Shown here piece by piece: positions 19,966 through 29,291 of a stretch of 64,000 nucleotides of DNA. Position numbers and translations under genes: made by a program. The first letter of the stretch is position 1; every line of letters begins with the position of its first letter. The DNA comes from Chloroflexota bacterium (lineage in GTDB: Bacteria > Chloroflexota > Dehalococcoidia > Lucifugimonadales > Lucifugimonadaceae). Below the pieces are notes generated by a model. That model was not told where the DNA came from. It worked only from the letters and a program-made list of their open reading frames with translations, and did no database searches. The stretch lies in NCBI GenBank assembly GCA_002719295.1, contig PBHC01000012.1, positions 1 to 64,000 of the forward strand, read 5' to 3'.

Positions 19966-20136
19966 TCTCTTATGACTTAATAATAAAATATTACAAAGAG
20001 ATAGATATATCTATTGATATAAATTACGTAATTATAAGATTTTCAAACAGCAGATGAGTTGGAATGTTATTTCAAATTTAAATAAACCTGAAGTAATGCA
20101 TTTGAATAATTGCTCTAATTGATACATAATTTCTAT

Positions 20137-20370
20137 ATGAATAAATCTAGTTATGAATTCTATTCAGAAGCAGTAAATAAACTCAATTCAGTAATTGAAG
20201 AAATTCAAATTAAGTGTGATAAAAGAGGAATTGATTTTTCTTCAAAGGTACCGCCTCAAACTATAAAGAAAGGTGAAATGCTTGTTTCTTTAGGACAATC
20301 ACATCAGATTCAGAGCTTCGCTTTAGCTCTTGAATATCTTTATAGTGTAGACATAGAGCTAAATACATGA
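20137..20370 (+). CDS. Hypothetical protein, 77 aa from ATG 20137
   Basis: Open frame with protein-like composition; CATAAT 6 nt before the ATG; no family recognised. Confidence 0.6.
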   Translation: MNKSSYEFYSEAVNKLNSVIEEIQIKCDKRGIDFSSKVPPQTIKKGEMLVSLGQSHQIQSFALALEYLYSVDIELNT

Positions 20371-20453
20371 ATAAATTTATAGCTACAGCTTTATTTGTTA
20401 TGACCTCAATGATGATATTAGTTATCTTTGCATCATGGTTTCTTACTAAATAA
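20367..20453 (+). CDS. Small single-TM peptide MNKFIATALFVMTSMMILVIFASWFLTK (28 aa), not in the ORF track
   Basis: ATG overlaps the upstream stop (ATGA); continuous hydrophobic core flanked by Lys. Confidence 0.5.
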   Translation: MNKFIATALFVMTSMMILVIFASWFLTK

Positions 20454-20469
20454 TTGATAAACTTGAAAG

Positions 20470-20509
20470 GTAGCTATTAATATTCCAGCCAGAATCTATT
20501 GATAGCTAC
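20470..20509 (+). terminator. Long hairpin downstream of the small-peptide gene
   Basis: GTAGCTATTAATA...TATTGATAGCTAC, 13-bp stem with one G-U on the + strand; weak U-tract. Confidence 0.45.
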
Positions 20510-20634
20510 ATAATTTGCCTGTTTTCTAATTTTCCATAAAAAAGGATACCAAAAATCATCTTAAACCTTTAGAAGAATTATATTTTTAATGTTTAATTGA
20601 TAGAATTTTTGTATATATCTTGAAAAGGATTATT

Positions 20635-20952
20635 ATGAGTGAATTGATTCCTAATGTGAGCGTTCAAAAAGAAGCCAATATATATTTTGAAGGAAAAGTA
20701 ATAAGTACATCAATATATTTTTCTGATGGTTCAAAAAAAACCTTAGGCGTAATGCTAAAAGGGGAATATGAGTTTGGTACAGACCAAAAAGAAATCATGG
20801 AAATAATGTCAGGAAAACTCGATGTGTTGCTTCCTAATAAATCTGAATGGATAAGTATAAAAAGCGGAGATATTTTTGAGGTTCCCAAAAATAGTTCGTT
20901 CAAATTAAAAATTTATGAAATAACAAATTACTGTTGCGAATATGTAAATTAA
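20635..20952 (+). CDS. ppnP: Pyrimidine/purine nucleoside phosphorylase (DUF1255)
   Basis: ANIYFEGKV.S, KTLGVM..GEYEFGT..KEIME, F.VP.NSSF, YCCEY; AAAGGA SD before ATG 20635. Confidence 0.88.
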   Translation: MSELIPNVSVQKEANIYFEGKVISTSIYFSDGSKKTLGVMLKGEYEFGTDQKEIMEIMSGKLDVLLPNKSEWISIKSGDIFEVPKNSSFKLKIYEITNYCCEYVN

Positions 20953-20991
20953 TAAATATTTAAATTTCCGCTTTAGAAGTGTAATAAAAAC

Positions 20992-21030
20992 GTGCTACTA
21001 CTTACAAGTTCCGTATATAAATAATAGCAC
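20992..21030 (-). terminator. 15-bp minus-strand hairpin followed by a U-tract
   Basis: GTGCTATTATTTATA-N9-TGTAAGTAGTAGCAC-GTTTTT; three G-U pairs work only on the minus strand. Confidence 0.6.
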
Positions 21031-21052
21031 TTAATTATTGTATCTCAGAACC

Positions 21053-21154
21053 AAAAAAAATGACCCTCAAAGCATAATCTAAAGTGGATTAGAGAAAATG
21101 TTTTATAGAGGGTCAAATATCCTGTACTAGAAAATCTTTTCTAGTAGTCGGCTC
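21053..21154 (-). ncRNA. Candidate ~100-nt small RNA
   Basis: Extended -10 TGaTAAAAT (21161-21169), hairpin 21125-21146, closing stem TGACCCTC/GAGGGTCA (21061-21115) followed by T8. Confidence 0.4.
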
Positions 21155-21195
21155 AATATAATTTTATCATATACAAATTTGTAATCTGCATTCTT

Positions 21196-22497
21196 CTAGC
21201 TCCAAGTGCGATCATGAGAATCTAAGTCATCCCATTCTGAAGTTTCATTAAATGCTCCTTTAGGATATATTGAAAACTTGTTTTCCCCTTCATGAACTCC
21301 TTCTGAAGCCTTGGCAAGATGCTCTTTTACAGCCTCTTCATTTAACTCTATTCCTAATCCAGGAGCATCTGTTATATTTACATATCCATCTTTTATCATC
21401 GGCCCTTCTTGCCCAACTAATGAAACTATATCATTCCACCAAGGGTTATCTACAGAATGCATTTCTAATGCAATGAAATTTTCTATTGTGGCTGCACAAT
21501 GTACATTTGCCATAGCAACGATTGGTGATCCTGCTTGATGCAAAGCAATTGGAATGCCTGCATCTCTACAATAATCTCCAATTTTTTTTGTTTCTAATAT
21601 ACCGCCTGAAGTTGCTAAATCTGGGTGTGCAACTGAAATGGCCCGCGCTTCGACTAAAGGCTCAAATCCTTCTTTGCAGTAAATGTCTTCGCCTGTACAT
21701 ACAGGTGTATCGACTCTGTTTTTTAACATCTTCCACTGATCCACTAATTGCCATGGGATCATATCTTCATACCAAGCCAATGTAAATTTATCTAAAGCCT
21801 TGCCTATCCTGATAGCATTTTCGACTCCCATATGACCAAAATGATCTGAAGCTAAAGGTATTTCATAGCCAATTATTTCTCTAACTGTTTTTACATATTC
21901 TTCCATTTTTGAAATCCCATAATCAGTTACTTGAATACCTGTAAATGGATGCATAACATTGGCGGTCTCATCAATAAGATTTTTATTTACTACCCCATTC
22001 TTAAATTCTGATGCTATCCATAGCCCTATATCCATTTTTAAGAATTCGAACCCATTTTCCATTCTTTTTTTGAGAGCATTTCCCATTTCAACAGGATCTT
22101 TTTTTAATGGAGTATCTGCATAAACTTTTATTTTGTCTCTATATTTTCCTCCAGCAAGCATATATGCAGGGACTCCATATGCTTTACCTGCTAAATCACA
22201 TAATGCCATTTCTACACCGCAAACACCTCCAGCTAGCCTTCCATGCCCTCCAAACTGTTTAATTTTTTGGAAAATTTTATCGATATCACAAGGATTTTCT
22301 CCAAGAATTTTGCTTTTTAAAGATAATGCATATCTAGCCGATGCTCCGTCTCTTACTTCTCCAAGACCAACTATGTCTTGATTAGTGTAAATTTTTATGA
22401 TTGGCCATCGCCATCCTCCGTCTCCAATTACTGATATTCTCATATCAGTAATTTTTAGATCTGCAGGATTGGAATATGATTTAATATTATTTGACAT
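21196..22497 (-). CDS. Mandelate racemase/muconate lactonizing enzyme family (acid-sugar dehydratase-like)
   Basis: GLGE, EMALCDLAGK, GGKYRD, KMD, metal ligands D/E/E (ASDH, WYED, TGED), PGLGIELN. Confidence 0.88.
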   Translation of the reverse strand: MSNNIKSYSNPADLKITDMRISVIGDGGWRWPIIKIYTNQDIVGLGEVRDGASARYALSLKSKILGENPCDIDKIFQKIKQFGGHGRLAGGVCGVEMALCDLAGKAYGVPAYMLAGGKYRDKIKVYADTPLKKDPVEMGNALKKRMENGFEFLKMDIGLWIASEFKNGVVNKNLIDETANVMHPFTGIQVTDYGISKMEEYVKTVREIIGYEIPLASDHFGHMGVENAIRIGKALDKFTLAWYEDMIPWQLVDQWKMLKNRVDTPVCTGEDIYCKEGFEPLVEARAISVAHPDLATSGGILETKKIGDYCRDAGIPIALHQAGSPIVAMANVHCAATIENFIALEMHSVDNPWWNDIVSLVGQEGPMIKDGYVNITDAPGLGIELNEEAVKEHLAKASEGVHEGENKFSIYPKGAFNETSEWDDLDSHDRTWS

Positions 22498-22503
22498 GAT
22501 TTA

Positions 22504-23310
22504 CTACTTTCTATTTTTTTTCCAATTTTCAAAATCCCTGTTCATTTCATCAGAAAACTCTCTATCTACCTCTCCTGGAGTATATTTTCCTTCCATAATC
22601 CTTTGTTGCCCAAATTCATCTTTTAACCTTACATTCTCAGACGATAAAACTACCTCCTCTACTAAATGCGGTGGAATAAAGATAACTCCTGACTTTGTTC
22701 CTAAAACTACATCTCCAGGAATACATGTCGCTTCCCCAATTCTGATAATACCATTTATTTCAGGCATACTAACGTCATTGATTGCACTTGGGTCAAACCC
22801 TCTAACGAAAGCATTGAAATCTTCCATTTCATAAATTCTTTGAGTGTCTCTGATTCCTCCATCTATTACCATTCCAGTTCCTGTTTTCGATTTAATTGCC
22901 GTGGTTAGATTGTCTCCTGCAAAAGTTCCATCAAATACTTTTCCAAATAAGTCCACAACTATTAAATCATCATTTACTAATTCATCAATAACCCAAGAAT
23001 TTTGGAAACCTATTCTTTTTTCCTCTTTTCCTTGTTTTTCAATTGCTTCATTGAGATCAGGTCTTTTTGGTACCCATCGGCATGTTACGGCTCTTCCTAC
23101 AATTACTCTGTCTGGGTGCAAGTTATTCCAATTTCCTGCAAATTGAAAATGATATCCATTTTTTCTGCATGTTCCCCAAGCCTCTTCAGTAGTTACTAAT
23201 TTCATTCTTTCAATGAGATCTTTTGGAACTAAGGGCCTTAAATTCTTATCTCTATCTCCATTCCATGAACTTGTTATTGATTTTATGATTTCTGGATTAG
23301 TTAGTTTCAT
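22504..23310 (-). CDS. RraA-family / HMG-CHA aldolase-like protein
   Basis: GRAVT, GDNL, DGGIRD, PGDVVLG...GVIFIP. Confidence 0.82.
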   Translation of the reverse strand: MKLTNPEIIKSITSSWNGDRDKNLRPLVPKDLIERMKLVTTEEAWGTCRKNGYHFQFAGNWNNLHPDRVIVGRAVTCRWVPKRPDLNEAIEKQGKEEKRIGFQNSWVIDELVNDDLIVVDLFGKVFDGTFAGDNLTTAIKSKTGTGMVIDGGIRDTQRIYEMEDFNAFVRGFDPSAINDVSMPEINGIIRIGEATCIPGDVVLGTKSGVIFIPPHLVEEVVLSSENVRLKDEFGQQRIMEGKYTPGEVDREFSDEMNRDFENWKKNRK

Positions 23311-23332
23311 TTTTTCCCTTTTTATTGTCTAA

Positions 23333-26300
23333 TTAGTTTGAAATATTTTTAAATTTTTCAATTATTTCATTTTGAATGTTTATCATTTTTTTTATCAATA
23401 CTTCTGTCTCTTCTAAAACCTTTTCAGAATCCTCAGGTATAAACAACATAGTTTTTGATTTGATATCTATATTTTCATCTATATTATTTTCAAGAAAAAC
23501 TTTTATATCAAGAAGGCTGTCCTTAAATTTTATTGTTACCTTATCTTTGTTTCCTGTAATTGAAATAATATTTTTTGATTTATGGCATAGAATTTTTATT
23601 CTGGTTATTATAATTAGCCTATCTAATTCAACAGGTATCTCTCCAAATCTATCCTCAATCTCTTTCTTGATTTCAATTAAATTACTTGTTTCTCTAATTT
23701 TAGATAAACGCATGTACAAATTAAGTCTTATTTTAATGTCGTCTATATATTCTTCAGGGATTCTTGAATCTATATCAATGTCCACTGTATTAATCAGAAA
23801 AAAACCTAAAGCTTCTTCGTTTCCATTTTTTAGAGAATCTATAGCTGATTCTAATAAAGAATTGTATAGTTCAAGTCCAATTGAACTAATATTTCCACTT
23901 TGTTCCTTCCCTAAGATATTTCCTGCGCCTCTGATTTCTAGATCTCTTAGTGCTATATCGTATCCACTTCCAAACTCAGCTGTATTTATTAATGCGTTCA
24001 ATCTTTGCTCAGATAAATCATTTATCCTGGAATCTTTTGGAAGAAGAAAATAAGCATGTGAACTTTTTTCACTTCTCCCTATTCTCCCTCTCATTTGATA
24101 AAGTTGAGATAAGCCAAATTTATGTGAATTATTTATAAACAATGTATTAACATTTGGCATATCAATCCCAGATTCAATAATTGTTGTGCAAACAAGTACG
24201 TCAAATTTATTTTCCATGAAGTTTGTAATAATTGTTTCTAGTTTCTTTTTATCCATTTGACCGTGAGCAATCTCTATTTTTGCTTCAGGTACGATTGTCT
24301 TTATTTGTTTGGCTATAATTTCTATATTGAAGATTTCATTATTTACAAAAAAGACTTGTCCTTTTCTCTCCATTTCTCTTAATATTCCTTCTCGAATAAG
24401 AGCATCCGAATAAACTGATAGATAATTATTTACAGGAATCCTATTCTCAGGAGGAGTATTTATCACACTTAGGTCTCTTACTCCATTTAGAGCTAAACTT
24501 AAAGTTCTTGGGATTGGAGTAGCACTTAGACTTAAGATATCAATATCAATCTCTCTCTTCTTTATTTTTTCTTTTTGTTCAACTCCAAATTTATGCTCTT
24601 CATCTATTATTAGTAAACCTAATTTATTAAAATCAATTTTTTCGTTTAGTAACTTATGAGTTCCAATAACTATATCTACGTTTCCAATATTTAAATTATT
24701 TAATATCTCATTATTTTTTTTGTTTGAAACAAATCGAGACATATATTCTATCTTTATAGGAAAAGGCTCAAACCTTTCCTTAAAAGTTTTATAGTGCTGA
24801 AGGGCTAAAACTGTTGTTGGTACAAGGATTGCAACTTGATAACCATTTTCTACTACTTTGAAAGCAGCTCTAAGGGCTACTTCTGTTTTTCCAAACCCAA
24901 CATCTCCACACAGTAATCTATCCATTGGATTATTTGATACTAGGTCTTGATTTATTTCTTCAATAGATTTTCTTTGATCTGGAGTCTCATCAAACTCAAA
25001 AGACTCTTCCAAGACTTTGTACCAATCTGTACTTTTTTTATAACTTTTTCCTTTGATATTCTCTCTAGCTGCATAGATTTGAAGCAACTCTCCTGCAAGT
25101 ATTTCGATAGATTTCTTTACCTTGATCCTGGTTTTAATCCATTTGTTAGATCCTAAAGTGTCAAGAGTAGGTTCATTTTTTTGAAAAGATTTATATATCT
25201 GAATTCGATCAATTTGATCCGAAGGTACATACAACTTATCTTCATTTTTATACTCTAAAACAATAAATTCTTTATCAGAAGTACCAATCTGTATGGTTCC
25301 TGTAAATTTTCCAATTCCGTGATCTATATGCACCACATAATCATTTAATTTAAATGGTTCTGATGAAATACTGGATGGCATATTATTAGAATATGATTTG
25401 AATACTCTTTTTTTCTTTCTCCCAAAAATCTCTTTATCAGTTAATAGCAATAATGACTCATTTTTACTCCTGATCCTGAATCCTTCACCTGCGTTTTTTG
25501 AAACGATATTTATTTTATCTTTTGAAAATGTTTCTATATTACTAAAAATTTTTGTTTTATCTGAACCAATAATCTCTTTTATTCTTGAAGGGTAATCTGT
25601 TGAAATTATTATTTTTTCGTTTTTATTTTTTGAATCAATATATCTAAATATATTATCTTTTTTAAAATCAAATATTTTTGGAATTACAAAGTCTATATTT
25701 TTTGATTTTTCCCCCTCAGTCTCTCTTTGATTAAGTTCTATGGTAGTTTTTTTAGCTAATAAACATTTCAGGACTTCATTTTTAGTCATATAAGGTATAG
25801 GAAACCTTTTTTTTACAACTTTTTGATCAATCTTATATAAGTAGTTTTCGTTTCTTTTTTTATCTATAATATTTAATTCTAAATCAACATTGTGGGTTTC
25901 AATTTTTACTATCAGTGTTTCATTTTTCATATAATCAAATAATGACCCATTATCAAAAAAACCTGAATAAAAGTTAATCAATTCATCGCTTTCTCTTCTT
26001 CTAATCGATTCAAAATTTTCTATTATTTTTTCTTCTTCTTTTATTTCAATATCATCAAAAAAAATTCTGTTACTATTTTTTATTTTTGTTAAATCTTGGA
26101 AAACATTTGTTTCTTGAACAGGAGATATTATAATATTATTTATATTTTTGTAAGATTTTTGAGATGATGTTTCAAATATCTTTATGCTTTCAATTTCATC
26201 ATAAAAAAAGTCAATTCTAATGGGATTTTGCTCAGATAGACAAAATAAATCAACAATATCGCCTCTTTTTGCAAATTGTCCAACTGATTCAACTATAGAA

Positions 26301-26815
26301 GCATTTATATATCCAGCTCTTATCAATGAATCTATAAAATCTTTTTGACTTATTTTATCTCCTATTTTTAGATTCATTGAAAGTTTTTCAAAGTTATCTA
26401 TGGAAAGAGTTTTAGTGCTTAGAGATTGGATAGATGTACAGATAATAGGTGTTTTCTTTTGAAATTCACCTGTAAATAATCCTTCCAAGCATCTCATCCT
26501 ATCTTTTATACTTTTGTTATCGGGTTTGTATTTTTCTAGAAAAATTTCGTTTCTTTCAGAGAAATTTAAATTTGAAGTCGTGCTACTCCAAAAGTTAATG
26601 CTGTCTAGAATTTCTATTGATTCTTCTGGATTTGATGTGATAACTATTGTTGGGACATTAAATAATTTACTAAGTGTTGAAATTATGTAACCATAGCTTG
26701 ATTTACTTGATAGTAGTTTTTGAGGTGTTTTTTTACGCAAATCACTAACCACATTTGAAAATGCGGGGTTATTAAGTAAAAACTCGTGAATCTCTATCAA
26801 ATGATTCGATTTCAT
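23333..26815 (-). CDS. mfd: Transcription-repair coupling factor
   Basis: VVHIDHGIG, GDVGFGKT, DEEH, SATPIPRTL, QMRGRIGR, RDLEIRGAG, TRCF C-terminus. Confidence 0.96.
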   Translation of the reverse strand: MKSNHLIEIHEFLLNNPAFSNVVSDLRKKTPQKLLSSKSSYGYIISTLSKLFNVPTIVITSNPEESIEILDSINFWSSTTSNLNFSERNEIFLEKYKPDNKSIKDRMRCLEGLFTGEFQKKTPIICTSIQSLSTKTLSIDNFEKLSMNLKIGDKISQKDFIDSLIRAGYINASIVESVGQFAKRGDIVDLFCLSEQNPIRIDFFYDEIESIKIFETSSQKSYKNINNIIISPVQETNVFQDLTKIKNSNRIFFDDIEIKEEEKIIENFESIRRRESDELINFYSGFFDNGSLFDYMKNETLIVKIETHNVDLELNIIDKKRNENYLYKIDQKVVKKRFPIPYMTKNEVLKCLLAKKTTIELNQRETEGEKSKNIDFVIPKIFDFKKDNIFRYIDSKNKNEKIIISTDYPSRIKEIIGSDKTKIFSNIETFSKDKINIVSKNAGEGFRIRSKNESLLLLTDKEIFGRKKKRVFKSYSNNMPSSISSEPFKLNDYVVHIDHGIGKFTGTIQIGTSDKEFIVLEYKNEDKLYVPSDQIDRIQIYKSFQKNEPTLDTLGSNKWIKTRIKVKKSIEILAGELLQIYAARENIKGKSYKKSTDWYKVLEESFEFDETPDQRKSIEEINQDLVSNNPMDRLLCGDVGFGKTEVALRAAFKVVENGYQVAILVPTTVLALQHYKTFKERFEPFPIKIEYMSRFVSNKKNNEILNNLNIGNVDIVIGTHKLLNEKIDFNKLGLLIIDEEHKFGVEQKEKIKKREIDIDILSLSATPIPRTLSLALNGVRDLSVINTPPENRIPVNNYLSVYSDALIREGILREMERKGQVFFVNNEIFNIEIIAKQIKTIVPEAKIEIAHGQMDKKKLETIITNFMENKFDVLVCTTIIESGIDMPNVNTLFINNSHKFGLSQLYQMRGRIGRSEKSSHAYFLLPKDSRINDLSEQRLNALINTAEFGSGYDIALRDLEIRGAGNILGKEQSGNISSIGLELYNSLLESAIDSLKNGNEEALGFFLINTVDIDIDSRIPEEYIDDIKIRLNLYMRLSKIRETSNLIEIKKEIEDRFGEIPVELDRLIIITRIKILCHKSKNIISITGNKDKVTIKFKDSLLDIKVFLENNIDENIDIKSKTMLFIPEDSEKVLEETEVLIKKMINIQNEIIEKFKNISN

Positions 26816-26886
26816 AATCAGATAAAATATATTTTATTAGAAAATTATTTTTTTGTTTAATAAAAAAGATATGAATTGATACTTTA

Positions 26887-28023
26887 ATGACAAATATAGA
26901 TAAGAAAAGAATAATAATAAAAATTGGAAGTAACCTAATTACAGAAAATGAAAATATATTAAATGATTCTGTAATTGAAGATTTATGTAATCAAATTTCT
27001 GCTATACATGATAAAGGTTTTCAGGTTATTGTAGTTTCTTCAGGAGCTGTAGCTGCAGGTAGGCAATACTTAGGTATTTTGAATAAAGATATAAAATTTA
27101 ATGATTCGCACCTTGTTCAAAAGCAAGTTTTAGCTTCAATAGGACAGCCTTTACTTATGAAAGCGTATGAAAAATACTTTTCAAATAATTTAAAAGGAAT
27201 TTCTCAGGGGTTACTTTCACGAGAAGATTTTGAAAATAGGTCTGGTTATCTAAACATTAGAAATACTCTTAACGAATTATTAAGCGTGGACATAATTCCA
27301 ATAATCAATGAAAATGATGTTGTCTCTACAGATGAATTAGAAGACAAGGCATATGGGGACAATGACCGATTATCTGCTATGGTTGCAAACGCAGTTGATG
27401 CTGATGTTTTGATCTTACTTGGTACAATTGATGCTCTTTATACATCAGATCCAAACTTTGATAAAAATGCAAAAAAAATCAAAATAGTTGACAGTATCTC
27501 TGAGGATATAATAAGTTATGCAAAAGGCCCATCTGACAAAGTAGGATCTGGCGGAATGGCATCAAAAATTCAAGCTGCGAATATTGCTATAAATTCAGGT
27601 ATAGATATGTTCATTGCACCTGGATATGAAAAAAATGTAATACTTAGAATAATTTCTGGAGATGATATTGGTACAAAATTTGTTGCTAAAGAATCTCTTA
27701 AAGAATCTAGGAAAAGATGGTTAATGACAGGTTATTCTTCTTCAAAAGGAGAAGTAATTTTAGATGAAGGTGCAATTAAAGCAATTGAAAATTCAAGCTT
27801 GCTACCAGCAGGGATTTTAGACGTTTCAGGAAATTTTGATAGAGGGGATATTATTGGATTAAAAAACTTAGAAAAAAAAATTATAGGTTGGGGCATAGCT
27901 AATTATTCTTCCGTAGAAATAAGTAAAATTAAAGGTATGAAAACCAAGGATATAATTAACACTGTTGGTAAAAATTTTGGTTCAGAAATAATTCATAGAA
28001 ACAACTTAGTTATAACAATTTAA
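26887..28023 (+). CDS. proB: Glutamate 5-kinase with PUA domain
   Basis: KIGSN, VSSGAVAAG, INENDVV, GDNDRLSA, GSGGMASK, IIHRNN. Confidence 0.96.
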   Translation: MTNIDKKRIIIKIGSNLITENENILNDSVIEDLCNQISAIHDKGFQVIVVSSGAVAAGRQYLGILNKDIKFNDSHLVQKQVLASIGQPLLMKAYEKYFSNNLKGISQGLLSREDFENRSGYLNIRNTLNELLSVDIIPIINENDVVSTDELEDKAYGDNDRLSAMVANAVDADVLILLGTIDALYTSDPNFDKNAKKIKIVDSISEDIISYAKGPSDKVGSGGMASKIQAANIAINSGIDMFIAPGYEKNVILRIISGDDIGTKFVAKESLKESRKRWLMTGYSSSKGEVILDEGAIKAIENSSLLPAGILDVSGNFDRGDIIGLKNLEKKIIGWGIANYSSVEISKIKGMKTKDIINTVGKNFGSEIIHRNNLVITI

Positions 28024-28028
28024 AGCAT

Positions 28029-29285
28029 ATGTTAGAAAAATTAGAAAAAAAATTAATAGAGGTAAAGAAATTTTCTTCAGATTTATCATTAATTGATTCT
28101 GAAAAAAGAAAATTATGCCTTAGCATATTGTCTTCTAAGCTTATTTCAAATAGTGCAAAAATTATTGAAATAAATTCTAATGAATTAAAAAATGCATCTA
28201 TAAATGGAATTGAAAACCATGTTATAGAAAGAATGAAAATTACTGATTCTACGATTTCTAGAATGGTTGATTCTTTGGAAAATGTATCAAATTTAGATGA
28301 TACTGTCTTAGAAGTAATAGACTCCAATATAAGAGACAATGGACTTGTAGTAAAGAAAGTTAGGGTTCCTTTAGGAGTTCTAGGTGTTATTTTTGAAAGC
28401 AGGCCAAATGTAGTTATAGAAATTGCATCTTTAGCAATTAAGTCTGGTAACGGCTTGGTTATGAGAGGAGGAAGTGATTGTATAAAGACCAATTTAGCTC
28501 TTTTTGAACTTGTTTCTGAATCTATGAAAGAGGCGGGATTGCCTGAGAAATCAATGTATTTTTTAGATTTTACTGATAGAAAAGCAGTAGATATTATTTT
28601 ATCAATGGATAAATATATTGATTTGCTTATACCTAGAGGATCTTCTTCTCTTGTAAATTTAGTGAATCAAAAAGCAAAAATGCCATCAATTACAGGAGGA
28701 GTGGGAGTTTGCCATACATTTATTGATAGTAAAATTGACACGAAGTTAGCATTAAGTGTTCTTGATAATGCAAAAACTCAAAATACTTCAGTTTGCAATG
28801 CATTAGATACTATAATTATTCACAATGAATCTTTAGATATTATAAATCCTTTATTTAATTTATTTTTAGAAAAAAAAGTTGAAATAAGGGCAGATAAATA
28901 TTCGTATGAAAAATTTAATGAAAAATCAAAAATTAAATTAGCTTCAAAATCTGATTTTGGAGAAGAGTTTCTTGATTTAATTGTTAGCATAAAAACTGTA
29001 AAAAATATTGATGAAGCTATTAGTCATATAGAAAAATTTGGCTCAAAGCATTCTGAAGCAATAATAACTAATGATGAAAAACAAGCAAAATATTTTTTGG
29101 ACAGAGTAGATGCATCTGCAGTTTTTCATAATACATCTACTAGATTCAACGATGGATTTGAACTAGGCTTAGGAGCTGAAGTTGCTGTTTCAACAGATAA
29201 ATTACATGCTAGAGGCCCAATGGGTATAAATGATTTAATGACCTATAAATGGGTGGTAACAGGAGAGGGACAACTAAGGTCTTAG
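28029..29285 (+). CDS. proA: Gamma-glutamyl phosphate reductase
   Basis: VPLGVLGVIFESRPNV, IPRG, VCNALD, STDKLHARGPMG. Confidence 0.96.
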   Translation: MLEKLEKKLIEVKKFSSDLSLIDSEKRKLCLSILSSKLISNSAKIIEINSNELKNASINGIENHVIERMKITDSTISRMVDSLENVSNLDDTVLEVIDSNIRDNGLVVKKVRVPLGVLGVIFESRPNVVIEIASLAIKSGNGLVMRGGSDCIKTNLALFELVSESMKEAGLPEKSMYFLDFTDRKAVDIILSMDKYIDLLIPRGSSSLVNLVNQKAKMPSITGGVGVCHTFIDSKIDTKLALSVLDNAKTQNTSVCNALDTIIIHNESLDIINPLFNLFLEKKVEIRADKYSYEKFNEKSKIKLASKSDFGEEFLDLIVSIKTVKNIDEAISHIEKFGSKHSEAIITNDEKQAKYFLDRVDASAVFHNTSTRFNDGFELGLGAEVAVSTDKLHARGPMGINDLMTYKWVVTGEGQLRS

Positions 29286-29291
29286 ATTTTT

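Noticed and set aside
20054..20122. 22-codon ORF MSWNVISNLNKPEVMHLNNCSN
   Set aside because: No SD, motif or coupling; compatible with chance
20985..21154. tracrRNA/omegaRNA-like appearance (AATAGCAC, GTCGG, stacked hairpins)
   Set aside because: Only short word matches; no Cas9, IscB, TnpB or CRISPR repeat in the window
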